Positions 23,657-24,000 of a DNA stretch of 24,000 nt are shown piece by piece. A model generated the notes under the pieces. That model worked only from the letters and a program-made list of their open reading frames with translations. It searched no databases and was not told where the DNA came from. Source of the stretch: an uncultured Pseudomonadota bacterium. GTDB lineage: Bacteria; Pseudomonadota; Alphaproteobacteria; Acetobacterales; Acetobacteraceae. The first letter of the stretch is position 1; the number at the start of each line of letters is the position of its first letter. The stretch spans positions 56,023-80,022 of the forward strand of contig CAWHDE010000007.1 in assembly GCA_963827925.1 (NCBI GenBank), written 5' to 3'. Both the position numbers and the translations under genes were made by a program.

Positions 23657-24000
23657 TCAAGGCGTAATGCCGACCCCGCGTGGGGTAATGACCACGGAGG
23701 GCACCGGCGCCACCATAACGGGCGGGGGCGGTGCATAATAAACCGGGGGCGGCGGAGGCGGCGCGTAATAGGCCGGCGGCGGCGGAGGCGGCGCATAATA
23801 AGCCGGCGGCGCGGCATATACCGCCACACCCGGCGCCCACATCGGCATAGGGCCTACGTAGCCGTAGGCCGGACCCCAGCCCGCGTACCAGTGCCAATGA
23901 TGTCCGCCATCCCACCAGCCATGGCCTTGCCAGTTATTATAAGCGTGGCCGTTCCAATGGCCGTGACCGCCGCCCCAACCAGGGCCACCGCCATGATCAC
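23657..24000 (-). CDS. Low-complexity protein: Gly/His/Trp-rich region followed by PPPPPPxYYA repeats; the 5' end lies beyond the window
   Basis: Extending track ORF 23657..23848 upstream in frame to the window edge gives ..DHGGGPGWGGGHGHWNGHAYNNWQGHGWWDGGHHWHWYAGWGPAYGYVGPMPMWAPGVAVYAAPPAYYAPPPPPPAYYAPPPPPPVYYAPPPPVMVAP.... There are no stops, and a strong terminator follows immediately. Confidence 0.6.
   Translation of the reverse strand, partial: DHGGGPGWGGGHGHWNGHAYNNWQGHGWWDGGHHWHWYAGWGPAYGYVGPMPMWAPGVAVYAAPPAYYAPPPPPPAYYAPPPPPPVYYAPPPPVMVAPVPSVVITPRGVGITP

Noticed and set aside
23581-23829. An Arg-rich 82-aa minus-strand ORF, and the 99-aa ORF 23616..23915.
   Set aside because: These are alternative frames of the proline-repeat DNA. 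Both read through the terminator hairpin at 23627-23647. The Gly/His/Trp-Pro frame ends cleanly before it.

Overview
This is a GC-rich (roughly two-thirds G+C by eye) alphaproteobacterial-type chromosomal segment. Gene content and order suggest a Rhodospirillales/Acetobacteraceae-like organism, but that is inference only. It carries the replication-initiation cluster rpsT-dnaA-dnaN-recF, flanked by housekeeping genes: pssA-psd, hslO, hldE, hemF, a petABC-like operon, a LOG-family gene, a ymdB-like phosphoesterase, a UDG-family gene, flbT, GNAT acetyltransferases and a LysM protein. I saw no rRNA, tRNA, CRISPR array, transposase or integrase. Most long ORFs antisense to these genes are high-GC shadow ORFs. 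Four things stand out. (1) The bc1-type operon (20094-22593) has a canonical cytochrome c1. Its Rieske-type subunit lacks 3 of the 4 [2Fe-2S] ligands, and its cytochrome b lacks one heme axial His and the PEWY glutamate. (2) A roughly 930-aa beta-helix-repeat, Hint (bacterial intein-like) and C-terminal-domain protein (2319-5121) is split into two ORFs. (3) At least eight reading-frame breaks affect five minus-strand genes (repeat/Hint protein, LysM protein, flbT, recF, hslO). Every break behaves as a +1-nt insertion, which points to assembly indel errors or genuine gene decay. (4) There is unexplained RNA-type structure: two opposed intrinsic terminators in the 516-819 divergent intergenic region, and a nested palindromic element between dnaN and recF. 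Product calls rest on motifs I recognised in the translations. No database search was run.
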